Shown here piece after piece: positions 25,000-37,204 of a stretch of DNA of 64,000 nucleotides. Below the pieces are notes generated by a model that did not search any database, was not told the DNA's origin, and saw only the letters and a list, made by a program, of their open reading frames with translations. Positions within the stretch are counted from its first letter, which is position 1. Each line of letters opens with the position of its first letter. Source of the stretch: Coniocarpon cinnabarinum (Eukaryota); the NCBI GenBank assembly GCA_051942205.1, contig JAVECO010000015.1:62001-126000 (forward strand), written 5' to 3'. A program made the position numbers and the translations under genes.

Positions 25000-25640
25000 T
25001 CATTTCATGCCGTCAAGATCACGTAACAAGAAAGTGTAATTTGCACTAGCTCACTCTCGCTTACGAAATTGCAAATTAGTGAATCGAGATTCTCGCTCGT
25101 ATCGTTTGAGCGCGTTAGTAATTTTCGCAGACAAAGACTTCGACAGACATTCGTGTCTAAGATAAAAAACTTGAATGACAGCATAGGGCTGAGATTGGAT
25201 CGCATAAGTTACGGCGTATACAAGAAAATAGTACACTTTTGTTTAGAATCTTCTACAGTCACATTGTTCAAGTACAAACACCCTCAGTATTTAGTCAAGA
25301 ATGTAGCTCGGAAATTCAGGATATTGATGAAGTCTCAAAAGCTATAAGGATATAGAGTGATGTTCGCGCTGTAGCGTTTCCGCCACGATTTCTAGTATCA
25401 TACCTTGATCGTCATCACTTGTATAGCTATCGTCGCGAGCGCCACCGCCGATTACGAAGTTAGTAGCGGTGGTGGCAGAAGCGGCGACAATGGTGGCGAC
25501 AAATTGGGAGTACTTAGGTCAAAGGTCCTCTGTGCACATTTATTGTCACCCATGACCACCCGTGACCGATTAGCCCTTTTGGTGGCGGTCATGGTTGAGT
25601 TATTAGCTCACTTGGTCATGGTATATTGGTAACGGCACAG
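25000..25640. mobile_element. Possible degenerate transposon relic
   Basis: AT/TpA-richer non-coding stretch followed by nested imperfect inverted repeats (gccaccgc/gcggtgg; catgacc/ggtcatg twice). No transposase is recognisable. Confidence 0.3.
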
Positions 25641-26132
25641 GTAAGGGCACAAATGCTCCACTCAGAACATCGCTCATTGCGGTCTCGAAGCGTAATGAGC
25701 GCTTCAGTTGATACTACCCGCAACGCCAACTTCAGAAGCCATTAGTATCGAAGATGAAAAACTTCAATGACAGAAGTGGGCCTGTTGAAGAAGCGTGAGA
25801 CACCAAAGCTTCTGAGAAGTCTATCCGTAGTATGCCCTGTCAGCACAATGTTCATTGCGGCCTGTATTATTACACTATGAATCCAATTCTACACATGATT
25901 CGTCGTCGTCGAGCCCGCCAGTCAGATTCCCCAGGCTTCTCAGTCTTGTGAGGTAGATTCAAAGGAATCAACATCTGGTTTTCGCTCGCCGTGGGCAAGG
26001 TCTCCATGTTTTGAAGGTCATTATCTCTCTGTATTCCCGCACCCCTTGCGATTAGCCTCTCTGCATAGGCGGTGTAGATCTGTGCGTGAGATGGAACCGT
26101 GGTGCAATCCACTCATCAACTCTCCGACCTGT

Positions 26133-29100
26133 TCAGGATGTCTGGAGCAGCAGCTGCAAAGGTTCAATCACGTTCTGCGCGACCTGAAGCTCCGGACTGT
26201 CAATATGCGGAGTATCCCGCAGCGAAGCAATAACTTCCTTCGCCTGGTCGAGCGCTTGATCCCACTGCTCATCTTGTATATACGCGTGTACAAGTGTCAT
26301 TCGTGCTGCTATTGTGTCTGGTCTGGCTGGCCCAAACAGTGCTACACCTCGGGGGACGCAAAAGTCCCGCAATTGCTCAATTGACTGCTTGAGGCGTCCT
26401 ACTGCCATCAATAAGGAGGCAAATTTGGTCCGCAGAAAGTGCTCATCTGTTTTCGAAGCGAAATCCGGCTCTGCAAGCCAAGAAGTAATATGTTCAAGCT
26501 TTGCTTCCGCCTCTTGTCGCTCATTTATCCTGACATAGAAAAAGGCGAGGATCATCTCTAGATGAACCCGCTCCTGAGACTGTTCATCGGGTGTTACCTT
26601 CACAAGATCCTCATAGATTTTGACTGCGCGATCAATTCGTCCGTCATAGAAGTATGCGTCAGCGAGAGATCTAAGCACGGAATTTCGAACCGTAGGAAAA
26701 AACAAATAATGTTCGCTTAGGGCAGGGCTTGACTCAAGGAGAGTAATTGCTTCCTCATGCCGGCCGTTAGTGCAGAGACTCTCTGTGAAATCAGCCTGAA
26801 TGTCCAAGAATCCCTTGTGTAAGACGTGTAACAAAAGGAATGCGCGTTCGCCATACTCATGCGCTTCTCGGAACCATCGCATGGCGTCCTTTCTCCGAAA
26901 ACTGTTGCTAAGGTTTTTTTCCAAGTCCATAGCAAAGGTGAGCCCTTGCCAACGTATCTAGGACGGAAGGAGGATTTTGGATGAGAAGGTGAGTGATATG
27001 TGGTACGAGGTTGCAGATTTTACTGCCGTTGGCAGGATGATCATGCAGCTGCTCCTCGTAAACTTCTCTGGCTTTGCACTCCAGATGCGAGATCGCTTTT
27101 TCGTTTGTCTTTATCCACATATGCTGATCCTGGAGCCACCACTTTGCTGCCAGATGCACGAGCCTGTGCATGTTCAGAAATTCCGAGTTTTTCTGCTCGC
27201 TAATAAACGAGAATGACTTCAAAGTCCCGATTGCATACTCATTTTGCACCGCAGACCGCTCCGCACTTAGTGGAAGGCTCCATCGAGGAATCGATTTTGG
27301 CTCCACAGTTGACATGAAGGCTAGAATCTCAGAGGCTGAAGGGTCGTACTTTTCGATATAATTCATTGAAATGATCCATGTCTTTGCTATTCCTTCGTTC
27401 GCTTTTGATGGCTTTGTATCATCTCGAAAACCGTGACTCAATAATGCCCTGGCATCACGATCTGTTTTTTCATTGGTGAGAAAAGTTAGATAGGTGGTGA
27501 TTGTGACATGTGTTTCGTTGATATAAGCCGCCGCTTGCTTGATAGCCAAAGGTAAGCACTCGATTTCCGTGAGCAATTTTGCCGCAGCAGCGGCGTCGTC
27601 AAGGAGCTGTGTCTCATGTACTCTCTTCTCGAGCATCTCGCGGGCCTCCACTTCGTCCATGATGTCCAAGTGTATCACCCTTCCATCAATCCAATTTGCT
27701 GCCTTGCTGTTGCGAGTGGTGAACAGCGCACGGCAACCGCTCTTTGATGGGATATGTGTTTCAAGGTTTTCCACAGCTTCTCCAGGATGAGAAAGAAAGC
27801 GCTCATCATCAGCATTGTCTACAATTAGCATCCATTTCTCGGAAGCCTCTGAGGCCAAGTGTTGATAGACCAGCTGCTTGATATTGTCTTGTTGATTGCT
27901 GGTAGAGATAGCGCACGACTTTGCAATCTCCCAACAAGATTGCTGAAAGGCCTCTTCGCTGACCGCTGAGATCCAGAAAATGGACCAGTCACGATTTTCA
28001 TGTCGAGCACGGTACGTGAATTCTATGGCCAATTGCGTCTTTCCAACACCTCCAAGTCCAGTCAACACTACTTTTCTGAAAGGGGTCGTCGCAGGGTCTT
28101 CGACAGCAGTTTCATTGAACGTGGCCTCATTGATTTGCTTCAGGCAGTTTTCGCGTCCTGTGAACATTTCATTTCGGAGAAATGGAATGTGGAAAACAGT
28201 ATGACTTTTCAGGCGTTTGGAAAGCACTGCGAATCTGTCAGTAGATCCAAAGCAGAGTAGCAGTACTTCGGTGCTCACGAGTCAATTTGACGCCGTTTGA
28301 AGGCGGATTTGTGAGATGTTTGACACATTGCGAAACGCCTGCCTCCACGTCGCTGCTGTCAATGTGGCCCAGGTAAGCATCAGTAAGTTCATGCATTTCG
28401 CTCACAGAGCCTGCATCATCAAGTTTAATGTTACTCGAGCCTAGCGGAACATTGAATCGAAAATAGTGTCTGCTTTCAGACGTCTCGGAAAGATCGTAGC
28501 CGACGGGCGAACGCTCGAAGACGCTCGCGCAATGATCAGAATCTAATGACAACTGGGCCATTTTTTGAACCAACGGGATGGGTCGATCGGGTACACCTGT
28601 TTTATCAGACTTCCCAGTTCCAATACTGAGCACACACCCCACCGACTTGTGCTCTAGTCCACAATTTCTGCTAATTTCTTCAATTGCCTGATTGATCGGA
28701 TTGTTTGCTCGCAATCCACCGTCCACCAGATTCTTAGAACACATTTCGAGTTTGACGCTTTCAAAGAATGTCGGAGCAGCAGAGGTTGCGATGCAAGCCT
28801 CAACCATCGTGCATTGGTAAGCCTCTGATTCTTTACCTTTTCCAGTACCATATGAGCGCAGTAAAACCAGCTCAGATGTGTCCTTGTCTGTTGCTGTCAC
28901 TGCCCTGCATACGGTCAGTAAAGTGAGCTGCGTAGTCGTCGTTGACGCAAGACCTACACTCTGCACTTGTACTGCTCTCCGTCACCTTCACATCGGCCAA
29001 TGTCTGAGTTTCGATCTGGACCGATATCTGCATGTTGACAGAAGAGTCTGTTGGGATCATGGCCTTTTTCCTGCAGAAGCTTTTCAACAAGCTTTCGCAA

Positions 29101-29459
29101 GGTATGAGAGCGCTGCGAGACTGTGCGACCTGGCTTCGAAGAGAAAGTTGCCATGATCAACGATCCAGCTCGGCCACCGAAAGGTTTCTTGTGAAATACG
29201 TCCTTCATTGATTATGATAAAGCTCTAAGCACTCCTCGATGCTCATCTTCATTATCCCTAGCATAATTGCAATGATGCCACCAGTTGATGTTCCAACCAC
29301 CAAGTCGAAAATTTCGCATGGCTTCGGCACTGTGGCTAGACCGTCTTGTTTTTTGATTCTTTGAAAGATATGTTGCAACACAAGCAACGTCATCAGACCT
29401 TTTACTCCTCCCCCATCAAGAGAGAGAACATTCACGTGATTTGGGTCGCGTAAGTGCAT
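26133..29459 (-). pseudogene. Patatin-like phospholipase-NB-ARC-TPR NLR with two frameshifts
   Basis: Patatin motifs LSLDGGGVKG, GTSTG, ATSAAPTFF, LVDGGLRANNP. NB-ARC motifs FTGRE, GLGGVGKT (Walker A), LIVDNADD (Walker B), LPLAIKQA, MHRLVH. TPR-like helical repeats in ORF 26133-26930. Two in-frame introns (about 28906-28958 and 28227-28278). Frame breaks at 29205-29208 and 26914-26920. Confidence 0.85.
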
Positions 29460-31388
29460 CGTGAGGCCTGTGGGCACTGATAGTGGGAGGAGATTTTGGC
29501 TGCAGTGGAGGATGAGAATGCAGTGTTGCACGTAGATTCTAGCTTCGATGACGATTCGTCAGTACACAGTACTCAAAGGGTTGAAATTCAAGAACAACAT
29601 GGTGCCGGGTCGAATTGGTAAAAACGAAGAACACTTAGTGAGATATTTTGAAACGCAGATTCTCTTTCCATGGACCAGCTTTCCACTCTCGCGAAATTAT
29701 GCCAAGAGCCTCTTGCACGCGCCCAAATTTAGCTTTTTACACAGCCCCTTGTTCACCTGCTGCGTCGAACCACCTGGCGGACACATATCGAGAAGTCGCC
29801 AACGCGAAGGCAAAATCACAGTCGTTTGAAACTTCAGCATGGCGATGTCCTTAGAGATAAGGTAATGTATCTTGAGCCAGCCACCTGCGTAGATGAGGGT
29901 ACTCTCCCAGCTGCATTTTGAATATCTTCTAAAATCCGTCCAGACAAGTTCAGTTTCAGAGCTTGTGCTCGTACGCATCGAGAACAGCAATCCAGATACA
30001 TGAATCGTGCTTCTTCAAAACAGGAAGAACCCTTGCAGCCAAAATGCCAGTATATTCCTGAAGGACTGAGAATGGTGTGGTGCGTGTACAGACAGGAGGT
30101 CGTCCGCTCGATTGGCGCAGTCCTACGGAAACCATTGTATCAAATGAGAACGACACGAGCTTTTCAGAAGCGTTGCGCATGGATACATGCTATTGTCAGC
30201 GGCGTACAGTCACAGGCTCTTTCTTTTACACGACAGCGAATACTGCTGTCAGCAATGAATCAGCAACGTTACAGAGGCGTCATCGAGGTGGAAGTCTGCC
30301 ACAACGATCGCCACCATCGCAATCACCGTCATCACATTACCTGACACCCACCAAGAGCGTGTGTGCACTACATCACCAGAGCACAAGGCCTACAGCGCTG
30401 CGATCTGCCCGGAAGCGATGCGAACTGCTAGTTGCAATCGAACACACAAAAGGCACACGTCAATACTGGGTTAGTTGGAAACCGTGCCCCTGGCACATTG
30501 CCACCACTATCCAGAGGATGAAGTCGGAAAGTGTAACAAGAGCTCAGGAGTCGTGCCTGCCCAGACGTGCTATAGTGACGGACTTCTCCGCCACTAGTGC
30601 TGGCTAACAACCTTGGGAACGGGAATGCTATACGGCAAGGTGCAAATTATGCTTTATCGCCTAGACTGAGATCCGGCAACAACTTTCATCCACGAAATAT
30701 CAGAGCGCCAACATGACCGTGTGCATGCATGCATTGTCAAGGGTCGCTACGCTCCATGGCACCGCAAGATGACGAACAGCACATGGCTGCTCCTCACATT
30801 CATAATTCACTCAGCACAGGTCTTGCTTAGTCATGAAGCAGAAGTTCCGTTTCCAACGGGAAGGTTTTGTAGGCCTTGAATGACGCCGCATGAAATGTTG
30901 CGATAGGCGCATCGATGAACTCTTCTGGGTGCTGGCTCTCGTAAACGAGGACTTGAACGCTTCCGACTCTTAGGTTCAGCGAGGTTGAGACAGGTGGCTT
31001 ATTGGCTAAGTCCTTTGGCGTTTCTTCACCACCAATGCTATACCTGAACGGGTATGGACATAGCGCAAGGTGCGGGCGAAGAAGGGCAACGAAGATAGAG
31101 GACGAAGAACCGAGGGCATCCACGCATGTCAGTAAGACATGAGTGAACAGCATAAGCGACGCACGATGCAGAGGGGACTTTACGAGCGTCAGATGGCCGA
31201 CATGATGGATAGAGCATGTCTGCAGGTTCAAAAAGCTCTCACGTCTTGAACCCAATGGATTGCAGTGGGGGATGACCAAGACAAGAAGAACTTTGATATT
31301 CTACCAGGGTATCACCATGACCAAAAAACGCTATCATGCGCCGTAAAGTGCAAAACACCAGAAAAAGACCCCCCAGTGCCGGGCCTCT

Positions 31389-32657
31389 CTATACGCTTCC
31401 ATGTCTCTCCGGCCATTTCGCATGCTCCCTCCGCAGACACCGAAACACGTACCAGAACGTAGGCGGAATCATGATGCCGCTCCAGACAAACGGCAGAGCC
31501 CAGCCCATGATATACGCAATCTCGTTGTTGTGCAGCCCGAATACCAGCCCGGTCGTCACGGTAGCGTTGAGCAGCGATCCGACTGCCCAGAAGAGGGTGA
31601 GGCGATGCAACATTTGTCTGAAGTAGTGGCTCGCTAGATATCGTTTGTTCAGCCGCTCGCGGAACTCGGTCCCACCACTGCCGTCCACGGCGCAGACGTC
31701 TTCAATGATGCTGTAGATCGCCGGACGCATGGGCGCGCCCTTCGGAACAGATGAGATGCGCATGGGCGCGGGGATCTTGAGGAAGCGATACGTGTCGATG
31801 ACGAGGAGCTCAAAGGCGAACCAGAAGAGCAAGCTTGCCACGGGCATGGCTAGCACACGAATCGGTGGATGATCAAACACGGTGCCGATGATAAGCTCAA
31901 ACATGATAAAAATCCAGCCGATGGAGAAGTTCCAGTGGAACCAGTCGAGGTACCAGCGCCGTGCGCCGATTACCCGGCACGTCGATCCTTTCCGCCATAA
32001 TCGCCAGAAACGGAGGAAATATTCAAAGATGGAGATACCACCAAGGCAGCCGGTAGATATGGAAAAGACGGCGTTCGGAGACAGATTTGTCAGGTAGTGG
32101 AGGCAGAAGTAGAGGATGAGGGGTATACCGATGGAGTCGAGGAGAATGAAGAACCAGAAGATGGTGATGGCAAGTTTGCGTGTGCGGAGAGTGTAATTCA
32201 GTGGCGGCGGTCGTGAAAGATCTTCTTGTGGGTCTGTGGATGGTTCGTCTGTCGCATGAGGTGTACCGATGTCCCTTGCAGTTGGCTTGAGATTGGAAGC
32301 ATTCGAGGAGTCGGAGGATAGGGAATCCAGGTTTGGTGTTGCGCGATGATCTTTCTCAGCATCTCGTGCATCTGCTGATGCCAGCGTTGACGAAGGTTGC
32401 GCCGGAGTTTTAGTCTGTGAGGTGTCTTTTTCGTCATATTTGTCCGTGGGAAATCTGTTTTCGCCTTGATCCGATGGTGTGGCATTCATACTAGGTGATT
32501 GATTTGAAGCATTGTGGTCCGTCGAGCTTTGCTCTTGTGAATCGGTAGCACTTGAAGAAGATGTTTCCTGTTGGTCGCGTAGTTGAGCTGCAGGATACGT
32601 GTCCGATGAAGCTCGTGAAGTCATGTCTCTTCCTGCATCATCCACATGTGAAGACAT
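31389..32657 (-). CDS. Uncharacterised multi-pass membrane protein with a disordered N-terminus
   Basis: Intronless ORF, first ATG 32657. About 6 hydrophobic segments. EDVCAVDGSGGTEFR loop. Confidence 0.85.
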   Translation of the reverse strand: MSSHVDDAGRDMTSRASSDTYPAAQLRDQQETSSSSATDSQEQSSTDHNASNQSPSMNATPSDQGENRFPTDKYDEKDTSQTKTPAQPSSTLASADARDAEKDHRATPNLDSLSSDSSNASNLKPTARDIGTPHATDEPSTDPQEDLSRPPPLNYTLRTRKLAITIFWFFILLDSIGIPLILYFCLHYLTNLSPNAVFSISTGCLGGISIFEYFLRFWRLWRKGSTCRVIGARRWYLDWFHWNFSIGWIFIMFELIIGTVFDHPPIRVLAMPVASLLFWFAFELLVIDTYRFLKIPAPMRISSVPKGAPMRPAIYSIIEDVCAVDGSGGTEFRERLNKRYLASHYFRQMLHRLTLFWAVGSLLNATVTTGLVFGLHNNEIAYIMGWALPFVWSGIMIPPTFWYVFRCLRREHAKWPERHGSV

Positions 32658-33510
32658 GCTGCGCAACTGTGGATGATGGTCAAGCCAACCCCTCTGCGCG
32701 TCGTCAGATGGTCCGCCGGGGATGGGACGATGTCAGAGCCGTTGAGAGAGATGAAGCGGAGCAGGTGGAGGAGCAAAGCAGTGCGAGTAAGCTGATCCGA
32801 CGGTTCCGCGATCTAGAAAAGCTCCGTGTGATCCATTGAGCTTAGTGGACCTTGGCTGCAGGTTTCCGTCGCGTCGATGTAGCCAAGAACCGTAGACACA
32901 GTCTGGATCGGAGAGCGGTGGATCTGTGTCGTTTGTATGAAATAATGCGAGGAAGGATGGGAGAGCGAACGGTGCGAGGGAATGTCATCAGAGGGAGCGG
33001 AAGCAACAACAATGGATGGGAATCGGCGGCGGGCGATGAAGTCAGCCAAGCTTCTCACTTCGACACGCGTCTTTAATCATCTCGCCCTCACGTGCTTGCG
33101 CTCGCTTCTATTCCTCCGCGCTCGGCGGTTTTCAGACTGCAGCCACATGTCCGTTTGTGTGCTCGCATCACAGTCAGGCATTTGCAATTGATACATCACG
33201 CCTCGAGGCTTGTGAGCTACATGCAAGGGCGTCGATGGACTGGTCGCTGCCGCCTCGGCACGCCCGTCTTTCCCGACACGGTTGACTGCTCGACAAGGGT
33301 CGTATCTTACGCACCAATGTCATCGTTGCGCTTCACAATCGGGCGTACTTTGACGCGCCCTCGTCAGGATGGATCGATGCTAGATCCCGTAAACGAGTGC
33401 TTGCCCTGTCCAGAGATGGTGGCAGACATGCAGATCAAAGTAGTCACATGCGATTCCTCCATCTAATTCCCCAATCTATCGTGAAATCTCTCAATCAACG
33501 CCATCTCTCG

Positions 33511-36500
33511 TCACGGCTTCGCGATCTTGCAGATGAGATCTCCAGAATCTAAGCTGTCGCCCTCCTTGATACTGGTCCCTGCAACCTTGCCGCTGTGCGG
33601 AGCACTGATGGTCATCTCCATCTTCATCGCGCTCATGATGGCCACTGGGTCTCCCTTCTTGACTTCGAGCCCGTCGTGGACACGCAGTTCGACCACGACA
33701 CCGGCGATGCTAGCACCGACTTGGCTGCCGTCCCCTGGATCCGCTTTGGGTCGCGACTTGTTTTCGACCGCCGCGTTCTTGTCATCAATCGTCACTGCAC
33801 GCACCTCTCCATTCATCTCGAAGAAGACTTCACGCTGGCCAGTCTGTTCCGAGAGCGGGCCCACAGCTAGGAGCTTCAGGATAAGCATCTTGCCCTTTTC
33901 CAGCTCAATGTGAAATTCTTCGCCATGCGGCGGAGAGCCCAGGAAGAAACGAGTCGGCAGCACTGAGAGGTCGCCAAACTGCTCAATGAACTTTCGATAG
34001 TCTTCGAAGACCTTGGGATACATCGCGTAGCTGGCCAAGTCCGTCTCGGTGATGCGACCATACTTTTGCTCCAATTTCTTGCGCGAGGCAGCAAAGTCAT
34101 ATGGATCCAAGTAGAGCCCTGGACGCTTGTCCATCTTGCGGCGACCGCGTAGAGCATCGCTACGCAGTGGCTCTGGGAAACCGCCATACGGCTGACCCAT
34201 TAGACCTTCAAGGAACTCCAAGACCGAGCCAGGAAAATCGAGCTCTTTCGCTTTTTGACGTACGCCCTCTTCGTCGAGTTTATTAGTAACCATGAACTGT
34301 GCAAGGTCACCTACAACTTTGGAAGTAGGAGTCACCTTGACAATGTCTCCAAGGAGATCATTGGCTTGCTCATAGGCCTTCTTCGTTTGGGCCCACTGTT
34401 GTCCAAGGCCTAGTTGAGAGGCTTGGAAGATCAGATTAGTCAACTGTCCTCCTGGAATTTCATGCTCATACACCTCGGGGTCCGGACCTGTCAGGCCGGC
34501 TTCGAAAGGCGAGTAGAGAAGTCGCACTTGTGCCCAGTACGAATCAATCGCGCGCACGTTATGCATGTCCAGGCCTGGGAACAGGTCCGTCCCCTCGAGT
34601 GACGCGAGAATGGCACCCACAGCCGGTTGCGACGTCATTCCGGACATGCTGTCTGTCGCCGCATCGACCGCATCAGCCCCGGCGTGAGCACAAGCGGTCA
34701 TTGCAGCCACACCGGCGCCTGGGGAGTCGTGCGTGTGTACATGGATGACCAGGTCAGGATACTTCTTGCGGATAGCACCCACAAGCATGGTGGCAGCCTT
34801 GGGCTTGAGGACTCCGGCCATGTCCTTAATACCCAGCGTGTGGGCGCCCATCTTGACGATCTTCTCTACAAGATCCATGTAGTAGTCCAGGTTGTATTTC
34901 TTTTGTGGGTTGAGCACTGCAAAGCCGAAGTGTTAGCAAACATTATTGAAGAACGCACAATTGAGAGAAGTCAACCTACTGTCGCCGCTGTAACAGATCG
35001 TCCCCTCGGCAACACCGCCGGCTTTCCTGACAGCATTGATGCCAACCTCGAGCTGCGTTGGGTCATTCAAAGCATCGAAAACGCGGAAAATATCCATGCC
35101 ACACTTGACTGCTTGCGCGCAGAAGTGATCAATAGCGTTATCTGGTAGAGCAGAGTATGCCATGCCGTTCGCGCCACGCAACAGACACTGGAAGGGAATG
35201 TTCGGGACTAGGCGTCTCATTTTCCTGAGCCTATCCCACGGGTCTTCGTTCAGGAAGCGCATAGCGACATCAAAGGTCGCACCTCCCCAGCATTCAAGCG
35301 CGAAGGCGTTGCTGTAGGCGTAGGTCGTTTCTTTAGCAATGTTGAGCATATCAATAGTTCGCATCCTCGTGGCGAGAAGGGATTGGTGAGCATCACGCCA
35401 AGTCGTGTCCATGAGCAGACAGCTTTTGTTTTCGCGAACTGCTTTCGCCCAAGCCGCGGGACCCTCCTTGAGAAGAATGTTTCTCCAGCCTTTCTCACAC
35501 GGCTTGGAAGTGTCAAGGGGTTTACCTTGGGCATCGTGAAGCGTAGGCATGACAATGTCGCCTTTGAATTTCGGTTCGCCGATCTGTCCGACGACCTGTG
35601 GGCCATTGACAGACAACTCGCCCAGGTACTGCAGCAGCTTTTGCGCACGATTTTTGCTGTTGAGCAATTGGAAAAGCTCTGGAGTATCATCAATGAAGGT
35701 GGTCCAGCATTTGCTCTCAACAAAGGTCGGGTGCGATAAGAGCGACAGCAAGAATGGGATGTTGGTCTTCACACCGCGAATTCTGAACTCAACAAGCGCA
35801 CGAATCATCTTTCGGCGTACGATCTCGTATGTCGAGCCTCTGCATGTGCACTTGACCAACATGGAGTCGTAGTGAGGAGTGATGATAGATCCAGCGAAGC
35901 CATTGCCAGCATCTAGACGCACACCGTTACCGCCGGCGGACCTGTAGACCTCGATCTTGCCAGTGTCTGGCTTGAAACTCTCTGTAGGGTCTTCGGTGGT
36001 GATACGGCATTGGAACGCAAAGCCCCGCGTTGAAATGCGATCTTGAGTGAGGCCGAGCTGTTCAAGGGATGCACCAGCCGCAATCTGAATCTGTGCTGCG
36101 ACAATGTCGATTCCGGTGATTTCTTCCGTGATGGTATGCTCGACTTGGATGCGGGGGTTGATCTCAATGAAATAGTAGCGGTTCTGTTGGTCAACAAGGA
36201 ATTCTGCAGTTCCGGCATTTCTGTAGTCTGCAGTCTTGGCCAGCTTGACCGCATCGTTCAAGATGGCGTTTCGTGTTTCGGTGGGCAGATCTTTGGCCGG
36301 CGCAAGCTCGACTACCTTTTGATGCCGACGCTGCACGCTGCAGTCGCGCTCATATAGATGCACCACGTTACCATGGTTGTCGCCCAGTAATTGCACCTCA
36401 ATATGCTTCGGCTTGTCGAGGAATCTCTCAACAAAGACGGTACCATTGCCAAAGGCGTTCAGCGCTTCCGAAGTCGCCCGCTCAAACGAATCTTTGAGGC

Positions 36501-37204
36501 TCTCTTGGTCCCGCACAACTCGCATCCCGCGACCTCCTCCGCCGAATGCAGCTTTGATGATAATAGGAAAGCCATACTGGTCAGTGAAGCTCTTCACCTC
36601 CTCGAATTTCGCAACAGCACCCTCGGTACCGGGGACACAGGGTACCTTGGCTTTTTGCGCCAGGTAGCGGGCGGAAACTTTGTCGCCAAGATCGTTGATA
36701 GTCTTTGGAGAAGGTCCAACCCACTAAGTATATGTTAGCCACGATCACACAAACTCACGATTCGAAGCCTTGACATACAATCAGGCCAGCGTCTTCAACT
36801 TTCTGTGCGAAACCTGCGTTCTCCGACAGGAAGCCATAACCGGGATGCACCAAGTTTGCGCCGTGCTCCTTGGCGATGCTGATGATCTCGTCCTGAGCCA
36901 AGTAGGCCTCGACTGGGCGGTATTGGCCACGTCTGCCAATAGCGTAGGCCTCATCGGCTTTTTGTCGGTGCATGCCCAGCCTGTCCTCATGACTGTAGAT
37001 AGCGATGGTCTGCAAGGAGAGCTCGTGGGCTGTTCTGAATATGCGAATGGGGATTTCACCACGGTTCGCAACGAGAATCTTGTTGAGGTGCATGATGGAG
37101 CTGTTGGCGCGCAGACGCCTGTGAACGTCCCCATGCTCATGGTGGTCGTCTCTATGATCGTCGACGGCGGTGCCGTTGAGGTTTTCTTGCCTCAGGCTGG
37201 CCAT
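33511..37204 (-). CDS. PYC: Pyruvate carboxylase, 3 exons
   Basis: [55 protein letters not shown], biotinyl AMKM motif. Confidence 0.98.

Noticed and set aside
28227..28278. Apparent third frameshift between the patatin and NB-ARC domains
   Set aside because: Explained by an intron (gtgagc...tactgac...ttcgcag) that joins the frames correctly.
29548..31279. Short ORFs upstream of the NLR, including 30827-31279 with a faint P450-like phrase
   Set aside because: No diagnostic motifs (no ExxR or heme Cys), so they cannot be supported as genes.
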